Shown in pieces: positions 25,901 through 40,625 of a stretch of DNA of 64,000 bases. The position numbers and the translations under genes are program-made. Every line of letters starts with the position of its first letter. Position 1 is the stretch's first letter. The notes under the pieces are model-generated. The model saw only the letters and a list, made by a program, of their open reading frames with translations. It ran no database searches and was not told the origin of the DNA. The stretch is from Octopus bimaculoides (taxonomy: Eukaryota), in assembly GCF_001194135.2 (NCBI RefSeq), contig NC_068984.1:19527062-19591061 (forward strand). Direction: 5' to 3'.

Positions 25901-26994
25901 GCAGGGGTATTACTTGAATAGAATAACAGAAAAAAAGGAGAAAAATAGTGGAAAGGGGAAACAACATTTTTAGCAAAAAAATAAATAAAACTAAAGAAAA
26001 AAAATCTACAATTGTAGTAGCCACATTAATTTTCAAGGCTGACAGCAACCAAATGATTTCAATGTCAAAAGAATCCATTGGGAAGTTAAAACTAAACAAT
26101 GAAATTAACCACAAAAAAAACACAGAAAAACAGAAAAAAAAAAATTATGAATTACCTGAATACGATGTAATTGTGTCTCCAGCACACTTCTGTCACCTTG
26201 GATTTCCCCGTTGTTATTCAGGATTTCCAATGTGCGGCTCACCCAGTCGGCAGCATCAACATAGGCATCCCTGTAGGCTTGGGCTTCAAGCACACGCTGT
26301 TCACATTTTCCGTGAAGTTGCTAAAAAATAAAGCAAAAACAAAATAATAAATAAACCTGTTGATGCCCCAATGTATTAGAAGTGTTTTTAGCATGTCATT
26401 AAATGTCATTAAATTACAAAGTTTAGCATAATCAATCTTGCCATGGGTTTAAGTGATCTATTAATGGAAACATTTTGATGTGAGAATTAACAGATGTTTC
26501 ATCAGCATCATCATCGTCATCGTCATCATCATAGTCATCAACATTATCATCACCTTTACAGTTATTCTCATCATCAGAGTGTTGCTGTCTTCATGCCATT
26601 GTTATTTTATGTTCACTTTTTTTGCAGTCATGGGTTGCACAGATCATTTCTGCTCTCCGAAAACTGGGGGAACATGCCTCGTTTGTAAGTTTCATTTCTG
26701 ACTTAGTTTCTACAGCTGGATGCCCTTCCTAATACCGACCACTTTACACAGAGTACTGTGTACACTTTTCCATATCACCACTGCTAGAGAGGATAAGGGT
26801 GAGAGAGAGAAGTTAGCAAAAGTTGGCTAAATGGTAAGAGTGAATGATGGCTGTTGACACCAGATGGCTATTAGAAAATATAGAGAAAGGTACACGCAAG
26901 TTGGATAAGATCCCTTAGGTAAATATAACAAAATGGCTAGAGAGTTAGGGTGATAAAGAGTTGAGAAGGAGGGGTGATGAAGATAAGATGGTGC

Positions 26995-27027
<33 letters not shown>

Positions 27028-27806
27028 ATAAAGGTTATGAAGGGTATTGGATTCAACCAAACCCAAAGTTACAGGTAATACCGAGTAAGTGCTGTATATC
27101 GGCTAGTTTTGCCCCTGTCGTTGTATAAACATGAGTGAGGAATATAACATAGGTCGTGTATTAGTGTGTGTATGTATAAAGAGAGAAAAAGATAAAGAGA
27201 CCAATGGCAAAGTTATTTATCCATAAAATATATTTCTAACTTTGCCATTGGTCTCTTTATCTTTTTCTCTCTTTATGCATACATATATATATATATATAT
27301 ANNNNNNNNNNNNNNNNNNNNNNNNNNNNNNNNNNNNNNNNNNNNNNNNNNNNNNNNNNNNNNNNNNNNNNNNNNNNNNNNNNNNNNNNNNNNNNNNNNN
27401 NNNNNNNNNNNNNNNNNNNNNNNNNNNNNNNNNNNNNNNNNNNNNNNNNNNNNNNNNNNNNNNNNNNNNNNNNNNNNNNNNNNNNNNNNNNNNNNNNNNN
27501 NNNNNNNNNNNNNNNNNNNNNNNNNNNNNNNNNNNNNNNNNNNNNNNNNNNNNNNNNNNNNNNNNNNNNNNNNNNNNNNNNNNNNNNNNNNNNNNNNNNN
27601 NNNNNNNNNNNNNNNNNNNNNNNNNNNNNNNNNNNNNNNNNNNNNNNNNNNNNNNNNNNNNNNNNNNNNNNNNNNNNNNNNNNNNNNNNNNNNNNNNNNN
27701 NNNNNNNNNNNNNNNNNNNNNNNNNNNNNNNNNNNNNNNNNNNNNNNNNNNNNNNNNNNNNNNNNNNNNNNNNNNNNNNNNNNNNNNNNNNNNNNNNNNN
27801 NNNNNN

Positions 27807-27862
<56 letters not shown>

Positions 27863-30292
27863 GCATAGGAATATATTTACAGGTATATATTCACATGCAC
27901 TTGTATGTAATTATCTAAATGCATATAGGTAATTGGGTCTATAGTCTGAATATTCTTGCACTGCTGCAGCTTATTGGCTTAGCTATATTGGAGGAAAGTC
28001 ATGTGTGCTTGTGGACACACACAAACACACACACAACACACACACACAACACACACACAACACACACACACAATCAACTGTTGTCCAAATGAATTCAACT
28101 CTTTAATCAATATTAATCTACTCTTTAATGATAGACAAAAGATTGATCCATTCAGCATGAACTTTGCTATTCATCCATTCAGGTTTGATAAAATAATGAA
28201 CCAGTGAAGTATTCGAGTAAAGGTAATTGACCCTGCCCCTCCCTTCAAAAGTATTGACCTTGTGCCTAAGCTGGGGACAATATATATATCTTACTTCAAA
28301 TATCATTAAAAGACATGTAGCATATTTGATCCTAAGTGAACAGCTTTGTTCAGTTTTACGTTGCTGCAATATAATCTTTTCAATGCGAAAGAATACAACC
28401 ACAGGCATGTAAACTGCTACCCACTCACTAATTTTATAACTAATTCTTTCTATATATCTCTCTCTTAGTTGCAGCTCTACTGCCGAATACTCTGGGACAA
28501 AATATCAAGTCAGAATTCTGAAGGTGAGAAACAGACATCTAACCTTCTTGGTGATTGCAATTCCTTTTTCAATCAATGAAGATAATTCATATCATAACAA
28601 CGCTATTTAAACATGTGCCAATGTGGAAACCTTTAATTGGTCACACAGCCAGCTTGAAATAAAGCCACACCCTATGATCTTAAAAAGCATCAAGTACAAT
28701 TTAGTATAATGTAGTCCTAGATGCTCCATGGCTAGATGATGGATGGGCTGATCATGTATATATGTCATGGTTAGATCAGAGCTGACCTGGGGTTAAAGAA
28801 CAATAAACTGGTTAGGCAAGGATTAAAGTATAGTTAAAGCAAAAGAAATGAAATAGTAGACAGTTACCTGCACAGAGGTCACCAGGTTCTCATATCTTTT
28901 CTGTATATCATCGGTTTGTTTGCGGACATCTTGACTTTCATCCAAAATATGGGAATCACTTGACACTAAATTATCGATGGTGATTTTCTGAGAATTTATA
29001 TTCTGTTTCAAATGCTAACAAAAAAGAAAGAAAAAAAGTCACAATTCATTTTTATGCAGCACCCCACCACTTTAAAAAACAAAACAACAAAAAAACCTGA
29101 TCGCAATTAATCAAATAACATACAGACTCTGATTAGGCCAACAAAATAGACTCTGTTTATGTAACTGAATACTTAAAAAAGTTAGGATTGTGTTCAAAAT
29201 TCCTAATCTTGAAGACTAGAGTAAAATTGGGGAGGAAACAGAAAACGTTAATCAAATAATGAAGTTTAAATAAAACAGCTAGACATCTAATGTTTGTATA
29301 TCTAAGATGCTGGTTATTTGGAGTGGTTCCAATTCCTTTTATTGCTTATCTTAGTATATACATTTAGTGAAGCTGTATACATGAACCAAATTTGATGACT
29401 GGCACCTGTGCCAGTGGAGCGCTAACAGCACCATCTGAGCAGGATCTCTGCCAGAGTAGTGGTCTCGCTCCCGTGCCGGTGGCACGTAAAAAGCACCATT
29501 TGAGCGTGATCGTTTCCAGCTTTGCCTTACTGGCACTTGTGCTGGTGGCATGTAAACAAAACATTGGAGTGACACCTGTGCAGGTGGCACGTAAAAAACA
29601 CCATTTGAGTGTGGCCGTTGCCAGTACCACCATACTGGCCCTCGTGCCGGTGGCACGTAAAAAGCACCCACTACACTCTCAGAGTGGTTGGCGTTAGGAA
29701 GGGCTTCCAGCTGTAGAAACTCTGCCATATCAGATTGCAGTCGGGTTTGCCAGTCCCCAGTCAAATCGTCCAACCCATGCTAGCATGGAAAGTGGACGTT
29801 AAATGATGATGATGGTGTTCATAGAAGCAGATTTTTTCTATGACCAGATGCCTTTCCTGTCACCAACCCCACGTTTCCAAGCAAAGAAATATTTCTCAGT
29901 AGTCAGACATGTATTCAAGAAAGACTAGAAATTGACATCACTTGAACGATGGTTGTGGTTGTTTACAACTGTAACACAATGTTAAGACAAAGATACACAC
30001 ATACACACAAACATGCGCATATATTCAAGGGGGCTTTCTTTCAGTTTCTATCTACCACATGCTCTCAAAAGCGTTGGTTAGCCTGAAGCTATAGCAGAAG
30101 ATATTTGCCAAAGGTGCCACACAGTAGAACTGAACCTGAAACCATGTGGTTGAGAAGCAAATTTTTTAACCACACAACCATGCCTTATATATGTATGTAC
30201 CCATAGCAGCATGGAAAACTGACATTAAACAATGAATGATCATGTATGTGAAAGATACACATACACACAGAGGCTGCCTTTCTCACATATAA

Positions 30293-30327
<35 letters not shown>

Positions 30328-30988
30328 GTTCATAAACTTCAGTAGTGTTGCATACATAAAAGCCTTGATGACGATAACTTAATAAGAACAACACAAAGAA
30401 ACACAAGCTCATTAAGTTTTAAGCATAAATTCTATTTTGCTTTCCAAAGTAAAGTTTCCATTCTTTTGATAATTCAATTAGTTATCTAATTTAAATATAT
30501 CTTTTCAAGAAAGTTATCTGCAAAGGCAGTTATCTTATTTGGTTGTAAATTTTTTTTTAAGTTCTTAACTTTAACATCAGCTATCAATTATTATTTCCTT
30601 AATTATTTTAACTGAATGCCCACAAGCGTTCAAAAGGGACCATACACTCCACAATGTAAAAGTGGTTGGCAAATATAAGACAATATATGGCGAAGAGAAC
30701 ACTTTTTAGTCTTGTTAATGACATGGCAATGTCTCTAGTGTTGGCACCATGGTAAAATACACCAAGTACACTCTGTAAAGTGGTTGGTATCAGGAAGAGC
30801 ATCCAAATGTAGAAACCATATCAAAATGTGTGTGCAGTCAGATGTGACCTGCTGACCCGTCTCAAGAGGACAATAAGTTCTATTAAGGACTGACTTGGAT
30901 TATGATGATCCATGTAGCCTATACCAGCAAGGAAAGAGGATATGTATTCATGCGTGTATTTGTATACATGTGTGTGTGTATGTATGCA

Positions 30989-31031
<43 letters not shown>

Positions 31032-31332
31032 NNNNNNNNNNNNNNNNNNNNNNNNNNNNNNNNNNNNNNNNNNNNNNNNNNNNNNNNNNNNNNNNNNNNN
31101 NNNNNNNNNNNNNNNNNNNNNNNNNNNNNNNNNNNNNNNNNNNNNTATATATATATATATATATATGCATGTATAAATATATATATATATGTATATATCA
31201 TCATCATCATCGTTTAACGTCCGCTTTCCATGCTACCATGGGTTGGATGATTTGACTGAGGTCTGGCAAGCCAGAAGGCTGCACCAGTCTCCAATCTGAT
31301 CTATCTATGCCTGTATATCTGATGTATATATG

Positions 31333-31378
<46 letters not shown>

Positions 31379-32748
31379 TGTATGTTTGTATGTGTGTGTG
31401 CATGTATATATATATATGTATGCATGTATATATTATATAAAGTGTGTTGTTTCATTAATGGTAGGATTAACAAAAAAGTATTCCATTCAGTGAGATCAAT
31501 ATCCTGTATTTATTACATACACACACACGCACACACACAAACACACATTTAAAGTTTGTGATCCACGATGGCATGGGTTGAGTGACCTGACAAGCTTTGA
31601 CGGGCCCAAGGACAGCATTGTGATATTGTGCTCCACTGTCTCCTTTGGTATGGTTTCTATGGTTAGATGCCTTTCCTAATGCCAATCACTTGATAGTATA
31701 CTGGGTGCTTTTTTGTATGACAATAGCACTAATGAGGTTGTTACGCAGTTTGCAAGACTATGAATGAACTCTGAAAGAGACGGCTTTATGCTCAGAGATG
31801 GGGGACTAAAGTATGAGAGGGGGGCCTGGGCAGGACAAGCTTTTTGTACATGGCTACTCACATTTTAGAAGAGAAAGTAGAGGTGAGCAGGGTGGAGCTA
31901 GGTAAGAGATGAAGATAGTGATGATGAGGTTTCTGGGTTGATCCTCAAGATAAGAAGTGAGTAAAGGTGAATGGGGACAGAAAAAAGCTGGATATGTGGA
32001 TGTGAAGAGGTTGTAAGAGAGTAGGGAGAAGAGAAATGGATGAATGGGGGTCGGGGTGAATATAATACAGATAAGAATGAAGAACAAATGTTGAGGGATG
32101 ATAAGTAGGAAAGGTGAGGGAGAGTAGGTGACAACTGTAGAGATTGGCAAGGGTTAAGGGATGGATAAAAGGTGGTGAAGTGATCAATGACAAAAAGTAT
32201 TAAAAAAAAAACAAAACAAGAAAAAACAAAAAAGAAAAGAAGGATTCAATACAAACTATGACTCGATCAAGTGCAAGTTTCTTTTCTGAGAAACTTGTCT
32301 GCAATTGTGATTCTGTCTCCAGCTGAGCAGAAGTTTCACTAAGCCACTGCTTCATATTGTCAAGTTCATTATGAAACAGGGTCCAGTGAGATAGAGAACT
32401 TTCTAGATTTGCACATATGTTACTCATTTCAGATGAGAGGTTGTCATAGTCAGTTTGCAGGGATTGTAGGTTTTTATGCAATTTCTGGCATCCTAAAATC
32501 GATGTGTTTGGCAAAACTAGTTTTAGGCTCTCCATAGCAACCTGAAGTTTGTGCAAACCTTCATCCCTTTCAGCCATGAGTACCTGAATGATAAAGGAAA
32601 TGATGACAGCAAGTGGTTATGCTGACAAAAAATGATGATGTGATGATGATGATAACAGTGATACTGATGAATGTGACAACATCAAGGATGATTACAACAG
32701 TTACAAAGAAGAAGAATGCAAAGTTGATGAAAAAAGAATGAGAAATCA

Positions 32749-32837
<89 letters not shown>

Positions 32838-35800
32838 TCTACTATAGGCACAAGGCTCGAAATTGTTTGGAGGAGGGGGCCCAGTTGATTAGATCGACCC
32901 CAGATTGCAAATGGTACTTATTTTATTGACCCCAAAAGGATGAAAGGCAAAATCAACCTTGTCAGAATTTGAACTCAGAACAGAAAGATGCATGAAATAC
33001 CACTAAGTATTTTTTTCAAATGTGTTAGCAATTCTGTCAGCTCACCATCTTAGTAAAAATAATAATAATAATTAATGATTTCAAATTTTGCCACAAGGGC
33101 AGCCATTTTAGAGGAGGGGATGAGACAATTCCACTGACCCCCAATGTTCAACTAGTACTTGTTTTATCAACCTTGAAAGGATGGAAGGTAGAGTCAACCT
33201 TGGCGGAATTTGAACTCACAACAGAGCAACAAGCAAAATACTGCTAAGCATTTTGCCTGGTGTGCTAACAATTCTGCCAGTTCGTCACCTTACTAATAAT
33301 GATAACGATAATAATGATAATAATAAAATAATATTTTAAGGTTACCTATGCTGTTTGTTAGGTGAAATCTTAAAATGTATACACTTCTACAACCTGTTTA
33401 TAATACAAATAACACAACTACACAGAAAATACATTAAAACTTCTTTGCTTTTATCATACCTGAATATTTTTGATTTTCTCTTGAATTACTGCTTCATTGC
33501 CTCTTGTGTCTTTGCATTCTTCAACCTTCTCTTGTAAACCTTTTGCCCAGGCAACACATTCTTCATAATGCAGCTGGTGTTTCTTATGGTCAACTACAAA
33601 CTTTTCCCACTTACGACAGGAATCCTGAAAAGAAAACAAAAAAAAAACACATCATCATCATTGTCATCGTTTAGCGTTTGTTTTCCATGCTGGCATGAGT
33701 TAGATGGTTTATCTGGAACTGGTAAGCCAGAGAGCTCTACCAGGCTCCAGTCTGATTTTGGTTTGGTCTCTACAGCTTCCTAATACCAACCACTCCAAGA
33801 GTGTAGTGGATACCTTTTATGTATCACTGGCATAGGTGCCTTTACATGTCACTGTCACAGGTGCCTTATATATAGATAATCATCATCATCATCATCAACA
33901 ACAATCTCTGGACATTACTGTCTTGAGTTGTAGGACTCATAGCATTGGCCACCTGCTTTCCATAGCATAAAAGTGACCAAGGTCACAACATTCACCCCTA
34001 AATGGAATGTCAGTCTGTTGTTGAATTACTCATTTGCAGCTGAGTGGACTGGAACAACTTGAAGTAAAGTGTTTTGTTCAAAATCACAATGCACTGCCTA
34101 GTTTGGGAATTGAAACCATGACTCTACAATCATGAGTGCAACACCCTAACCTCTAGGCCACACACCTTCATTATATATTTACATAAGGTCACATTAGAAC
34201 AGAATTATATTGGCCACTCATTAAATACCATCAACTACTAAAAGGTTTAATAAAATATATAATTAGAAACATAAATAAATGCTGTTTAGTTTAAAACAAA
34301 ATGGTCTTACTTTGATGTTACTGTAAACAACTTGCTTCCTGGCTTTAAGCTGAGACACTTTAGTTATGATACTGGAATCTGAGGTGATTTGAGATAATGC
34401 CTGAGCCAACTCAAACAGATCTTCTATAGAGTCAGGTTGAGTTTCAATGGTCAGTTGGGACTGAAAGAGAAAATTAAAGTCTTCAGATTCTGGTTTGTTA
34501 AAATCATGGCATTTTTTTTTTATTTAATATTCCTTCTCTTGCTTTTTTCCTAGCTTCTTATTTTACCATAGAATACAAATAGAATGATTAATTATTATCG
34601 TTTTCTTTATATTTGTGGTGCAGCAGTGCCTTTTTTGGTAGCAAGGAGTGAGATTTAAGATAAATAATTGAAATTAGTGTTGAGAAGATGTTTAATAATT
34701 TGTATTGGAGAATGGTGGACGGGAGAGAATTTCTTGAAGAACATCATTACAAGCAGGGGAAAAGGAAACAAAGTATACAGACACACAATGGAAGACTGCT
34801 TCCACATCTGGAGCTATGGACATCATAGACTGGATCCAAATACATGGACAACCTAAACAGTTGGTATGAAGCCTCTCACCAATATACTCCAGCTCCTGAT
34901 TATCAAATGTTCTGTGTCCTCTCTCTCTGTCTTTTCTACCACTACTACTGTGGTCTCTGCTTCTTGGATCTAAATAGACTTGTGTCACTTCCAATCAGGC
35001 ATTCCTAACTCATTCAAAGCAGGCCACATAATGAGTGTGGTCTGTCCTGAACACTTCATCCCAAGCCCAAATTAACCGCTGTACTATTTAATCCTCTAGA
35101 ATGTCAGCTATTTGGATCTCCTTTCTGCTAATGTCTTTTCTTGCAGGCATCAACTTCCAACTATTGAAGTTGATCAATCCGTTGCTTCAATCTCACTGAT
35201 CTAGGTGGACTTACAACAGGTACATCCCCTTCCACCAGACCAAACCAAAAAGAAAAAAGAAAGGAATACTGGGATTCTAAAGGTGAGACATTATAATTAT
35301 AAATATGATGGACAGAATAACAGAAAGTGCATCTGGTTGGTTTTGAGTGGGTGTGGCATATAACATAGAATTGGTAGATTCAGAAGAACGAAAGTCAAGG
35401 TGGACAAATAAAGTTTAATGACACACCAGTGAGGTGATAAATTCATAGAGTAAAAGGGGTTTTAGCGAATAAGTAGAACGTCCCAACAACTTAAAATTGA
35501 AACTAAATTAAGCATTTAATTCGTTAATAGTTTAGTATACAAGATTACATACATAGTTTAGTTTAGTATAAACTACATACATAGTTTATTGTAACAAAGT
35601 GGTACACTGCATGATTGAAAATAAAACAATAATAATTTCACAAGATATAAAAAAGGGAGCCAAGAATGAGACCCCTGTATGGTTGCTTGACTTGTTGAGA
35701 GTGTCCCTTAAGCCACAAACTATCATTTTAAAAATTAAAAGTGGGGTACATAGTGTAATGTAGTTTGAGATAAACAGGAAACAAACTGCATGGTTGTGGC

Positions 35801-36765
35801 TTGAAAGTCTTTGGTCAAAGACAAGTCAGAGCAATCAGAGATGGATTGAAGTGAAACAACAAAACAACTATAGCAAAAACAATGACAACAAGTGAGAATT
35901 ACCGTTAGAATATTCAACTGTTCTTCTTTCTCTTCCAGAGAGTTCTTTAGATCTGTGCCTTTCAGTTTGTTTTCAACTTGTTTGACTTCGGCAGAGCACT
36001 CTTCATATTTGGAATCAAAGAGTTCCCATTGATCCATACAACTTTCCAGATCTTTCTTAGTCTGTAACAGAGAAAATAATTGTTTTTAATGAAGGCACAA
36101 AACCAGTAATTTTGAAGAGAGAGTTTAAGTTGATCCTATCAATTCCAGTATTTGAACAGTACTTTTCTTTTATCAACACTACCCCCATCCCCTGAAAGAT
36201 GAAAAGAAAAATTGATTTTGGGGGGATGGGGAATTGAACCCAAAACATAAAGAGATGAAAGAAATACAGCAAAGTATTTCTTTCAAATGCTCTAAGAATT
36301 CTGCCAACTTGCTGCCTTCTGTATTTGGAAAATTAATACTAATAGTTATATAAGTGTGTGTGTGTGTGTGTGATTAGATAAAGATAGTTATGGCTGATCT
36401 ATGGGGCATATCTTATCTCGATGGTGAGCAATTCTACAATATAACCATCTTTATCAAATTACTCTACTGCTCTATAACTTAGTGTGTGCTTGTCTTTCGG
36501 ATTTATGATATATGTATGTATATATACACACAACACACACACACACACACACACACACATGCACGCACGCACACACACACACACACACACAAACACACAT
36601 ATAAATCCACATTTTTCTACTGAGGGCTTATATGCCCCCAATATCAGACTATTTTCTTTAGTCAATACAAGGTGATTGCTTATAAGTTTTAAGCTTATAA
36701 AAATATTACTATGATTATTTACAGAATTGTAAAAATACATGGCACCACTTATCAAATCAGTCATC

Positions 36766-36848
<83 letters not shown>

Positions 36849-39800
36849 AAAATAGGTTTTGCTAATGAACCAGATCAGCAGCAGGGGTACCATTGGACCT
36901 ATCTGCCTACAGAGTTAGATGGAAAGATTCAATTCTGAGAAATAGAAGTAGGAAAATAGGTTGTAAGAGGAAAACATTCAACTATTGGAATAATTGCAAC
37001 TTTGAGGCACAGAGTAACAGATACANNNNNNNNNNNNNNNNNNNNNNNNNNNNNNNNNNNNNNNNNNNNNNNNNNNNNNNNNNNNNNNNNNNNNNNNNNN
37101 NNNNNNNNNNNNNNNNNNNNNNNNNNNNNNATATATATATATGAAAGGTTTCCTTCAGTTTCCATCCACTAAGCCCACTTACAAGGCTTTGTTCTGCCCA
37201 AGGTGCCATGCAGTAGGACTGAACCTAAAGCCAGAAGAAGCAAATTTATTAAGCATACATCCTTGTCTGCAGCTATAATCCGTACTTACACTTATCTGTT
37301 ATCATAAGATTTTTTTCTGTTCTACTCCAAATATTATAGAGAGCTTTTTTTTTAAATACTGGTTGTGCTTTCTTGTAGACATGCATGTGCATATGTATGC
37401 AGACACATGTACACAACCCCCTCTTTCTCTCGTGTCATATATTATTTGTATGTTTTCATTTTTGTCAAACATCACTTAGATTTTTCTTCCTGTTTAACTC
37501 TCTATTTATCTCACTTTCCTCTTTTTCTCAGATATGCCTCTTCTCTAACTGTTTCTGGATTTACAGTGGCCTCATTTGAGAAAAGAAGGAAAGATAAAAC
37601 ATAAAGTAGAACAGAGATCACAGTAGTATTTATCTCACCTGCACAATTGCTGCAACAAAAGCCGACCAATCATCTTGCAGACTATTGACTTCACGTTTGA
37701 TAATATCCTTGCCTTGTTGAGACGTGTTTGGAAGAACTTTTCCGGAGAGTTCTACAACTTTTTTCACCTTTGGTTCCCCTTCAGTTTTGGTAGCCAGGAT
37801 ATCCTGATGGAAACACAAATGCATTAGTACAAAAAACAAAGAATTATTTAAGTGAAAAAATATTGACATGTATCAAGAAAGATTCTATATGAAACAGACA
37901 CAGACAGACGGCTATATGAATGCATGTTAGTATGTATGTATATGTATCTCTCTTTGTGTGTGTGTGTGTGTGTGTGTGATAATTTAGTTTTTCCATAGCA
38001 GGATTAATAACTGGCTGTTTGAACACAGTATGTCTGTCTGCTATTCATAATCTATGGTTGTCAGGTTGCTTGAACTCACAGACATCCCCATATCCTGACT
38101 TTCATGTAAACCACAACATACATACATACAGAGAATAATACTAACCAATAAATAATACTAATCAATAAATATAACCCTTCTTTTATCATTAATTAATCAA
38201 TAGAAACACACAAACTCACTCACAAACCAAAGTGTATAGATCTATCAAGCTTAGCACTCAACGTCACATATGCACCCACCCAATTTAAAGATTTGGCTTC
38301 AGTAATTAGTGATAAGATGAACTTTCAGCTGTAATATATATGTGCAACTAATTTATGCATATATAAGTGCTTATATGACCATTTAACTATGGAAAGAAGA
38401 GTAAAATAAATAATAATGACAAATTATTACTATAATTAATATTATCAATACTATTGGGTGTAAAAAAATTTTAATTATAGTTGTAAGAAATTATTATGAT
38501 TTTTATTTTATTAAGTTATTACTATTTTTCTTCATCATTCTTCATATAAATTATGCATATATGTATTATTAAGTATAGTAAATGCAAAGGAAAAGTAATT
38601 AAATTTCCATTAAGATAGTAAGGTTGAATACGTTTAAATACATTCATACTAAAGCTAAGATCTTTGTGAGTCTGAAGCAATACTGTAGTTATTTGCTACT
38701 CATGGGATGCTCACACATTTTAATATTTTAGAATATTTGTGTTAGGTCACATGAATGGTTGTGAATAAAAATGGAAAAAATTATAAAACCACTACAGAAT
38801 AGTCTTCAATTTTACATTTAATTACATGTTTCATTCTGCTGAATTGTGAAAGAATTATGGCTAGACACTTTGAGTTCTGAAAGATATATATTTATGTATT
38901 TGATAAATAGGTCTTTAATAATAAATATGTAGAGAGAATTAAATAAGCACTTGAATAAAGTACTGAAAAGTAAATGTTTAAATTTCAAATGTTATCTTGT
39001 CAAATCTATAAATTTTAAAGAAGCTTCAGTTTTACTTTCTAATAGATTTTTTAATGGAATTCTTAAGAATGGTGACATCAAGGTTTAAAATAACATTGTT
39101 ATGTATCAAATGGTTATTTCATTGCTATGTTTTGGTTAATTATCTCTTCAGTAAACTGTATGAATATTGTACACAAATTCAAACAAAACACAATCATAAT
39201 TTAAGGAAATGAATCCTGCTAACTAGATTATATTGTAGAATCACACATCATTGAGAGGAGAGATTTTACAACAAGAAGATATCCCCCACGAGATGAATGT
39301 CCCATTCTTGATAAATTTTACAAGAAATAAGACTGTACACAACAGTAAACACAAGTAGTTTGTAATCAAAACCAGAGTCTAGATTCTAAAAAAAAATTAT
39401 AGATTTATCTAAGGAGGTGAGGCAGTACCCATGCCATTTTTGAAGGCCTTCAAGATCGGTAGGACGAAGGGAGAAAGTTATCCACACACTAGAATTCTTA
39501 AATTGATGCAAATTTTGCAAATATATTCAAAGGCATTGTGACGATATTAAAGAGGTCACAAATTAATCTGTTACCTCTTTAACATCATCTTTAACAAATC
39601 AAGAAGAGTTCTTCCGATGCTTCTGATTACCAAATTTCATTCACAAGACTCTGGTTGACTAAGGCTATGATGGAAGTGACAGAAAACTCTTGATCAAGGT
39701 ACAGTACAGTGGGATAGAACCTGAAACCATATAGCCGTGAAGCAAACTTCTTAACCACACAACTATACTTTCGCCCAATAATAAGGCAGCCTGAGACTGT

Positions 39801-40577
39801 TGGTTGAGATTATAATCTCAAGACATGTCTTCTTTTACAGATTGCTTTCTACAGGCTCACAGGAACTGAAACCAACACTGCAAGTTAGTGAAAACCACAA
39901 TTTAAAGTTGATCTTATTTTGTAGAACATAAATAATTTACAGCAAGGCTGACTGGAGCATTTGAAAGTTGTCAGGACACACAGACATAGCTAGATATAAG
40001 ATACAAAAGCCTGAAGATTCTGTTGGTGGTCCTGAATGCTACTGAATCAACCACTGGTTCTCTCACACTACACATGTCCTGATCATACAATCAAACAGTT
40101 TGTTGAAAAATTTATTGTGTACCAAAAACATAAATGAATGAAATGTACCCATATTTTAAACCCAGTTTTTTACATCTATAGAAAAATTTGTTTACTGTGT
40201 CTACAAAGATCATAAAAAAAAGTTTGGAGAGGAAGAAAGAGAAAAAAAGAAATAGAGAATGTAACAAAGTTGAATTAGCTGAGAGAAAACAACTGAAATA
40301 TTTAATAGAAAAATTAGTATTTCACTCTTTAAAAACATGAAAGCAAGAAGAATAATTAGTGATGAGAGATATTGAAGAGAGGTGATTGGTTACTCATAAA
40401 ATAACTTCAATCAAAATAATGAGTGCTTATATTTGTGTAACTAAAGCCTCACAATTTATCCAGGTTTTAGTAGTTGGTCAGAACAAAGAAATGACGTAAT
40501 TATTTTATGGTAATGTCTACATTTTCAGCTACATCTAACTTCTACCAGCTACCGAAAATTGTCTGTGAATGTGTGGG

Positions 40578-40625
<48 letters not shown>

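Noticed and set aside
27060-27107. Helitron-like 3' end (weak hairpin followed by CTAG|T)
   Set aside because: The hairpin is too weak and no 5' TC end or second copy is identifiable.
27302-27806. Hidden exons in the two large gaps (also 47465-47949)
   Set aside because: Flanking exons join in frame with correct module spacing, and a full module needs at least 645 nt.
27242-27868. Long ORFs containing X (also 12020-12291, 30821-31255, 36893-37209, 47258-48015)
   Set aside because: Artefacts of N gaps and (TA)n/(CA)n microsatellites.
29400-29670. Palindromic repeat-spacer array resembling CRISPR (also 44630-44920)
   Set aside because: Eukaryotic intron with no cas genes. The spacers are homologous to each other, and the array is attached to a dispersed LINE tail.
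31860-32200. G/A-rich stretch as a G-quadruplex or coding region
   Set aside because: Degenerate low-complexity sequence without regular G-tracts; its ORFs are compositional artefacts.
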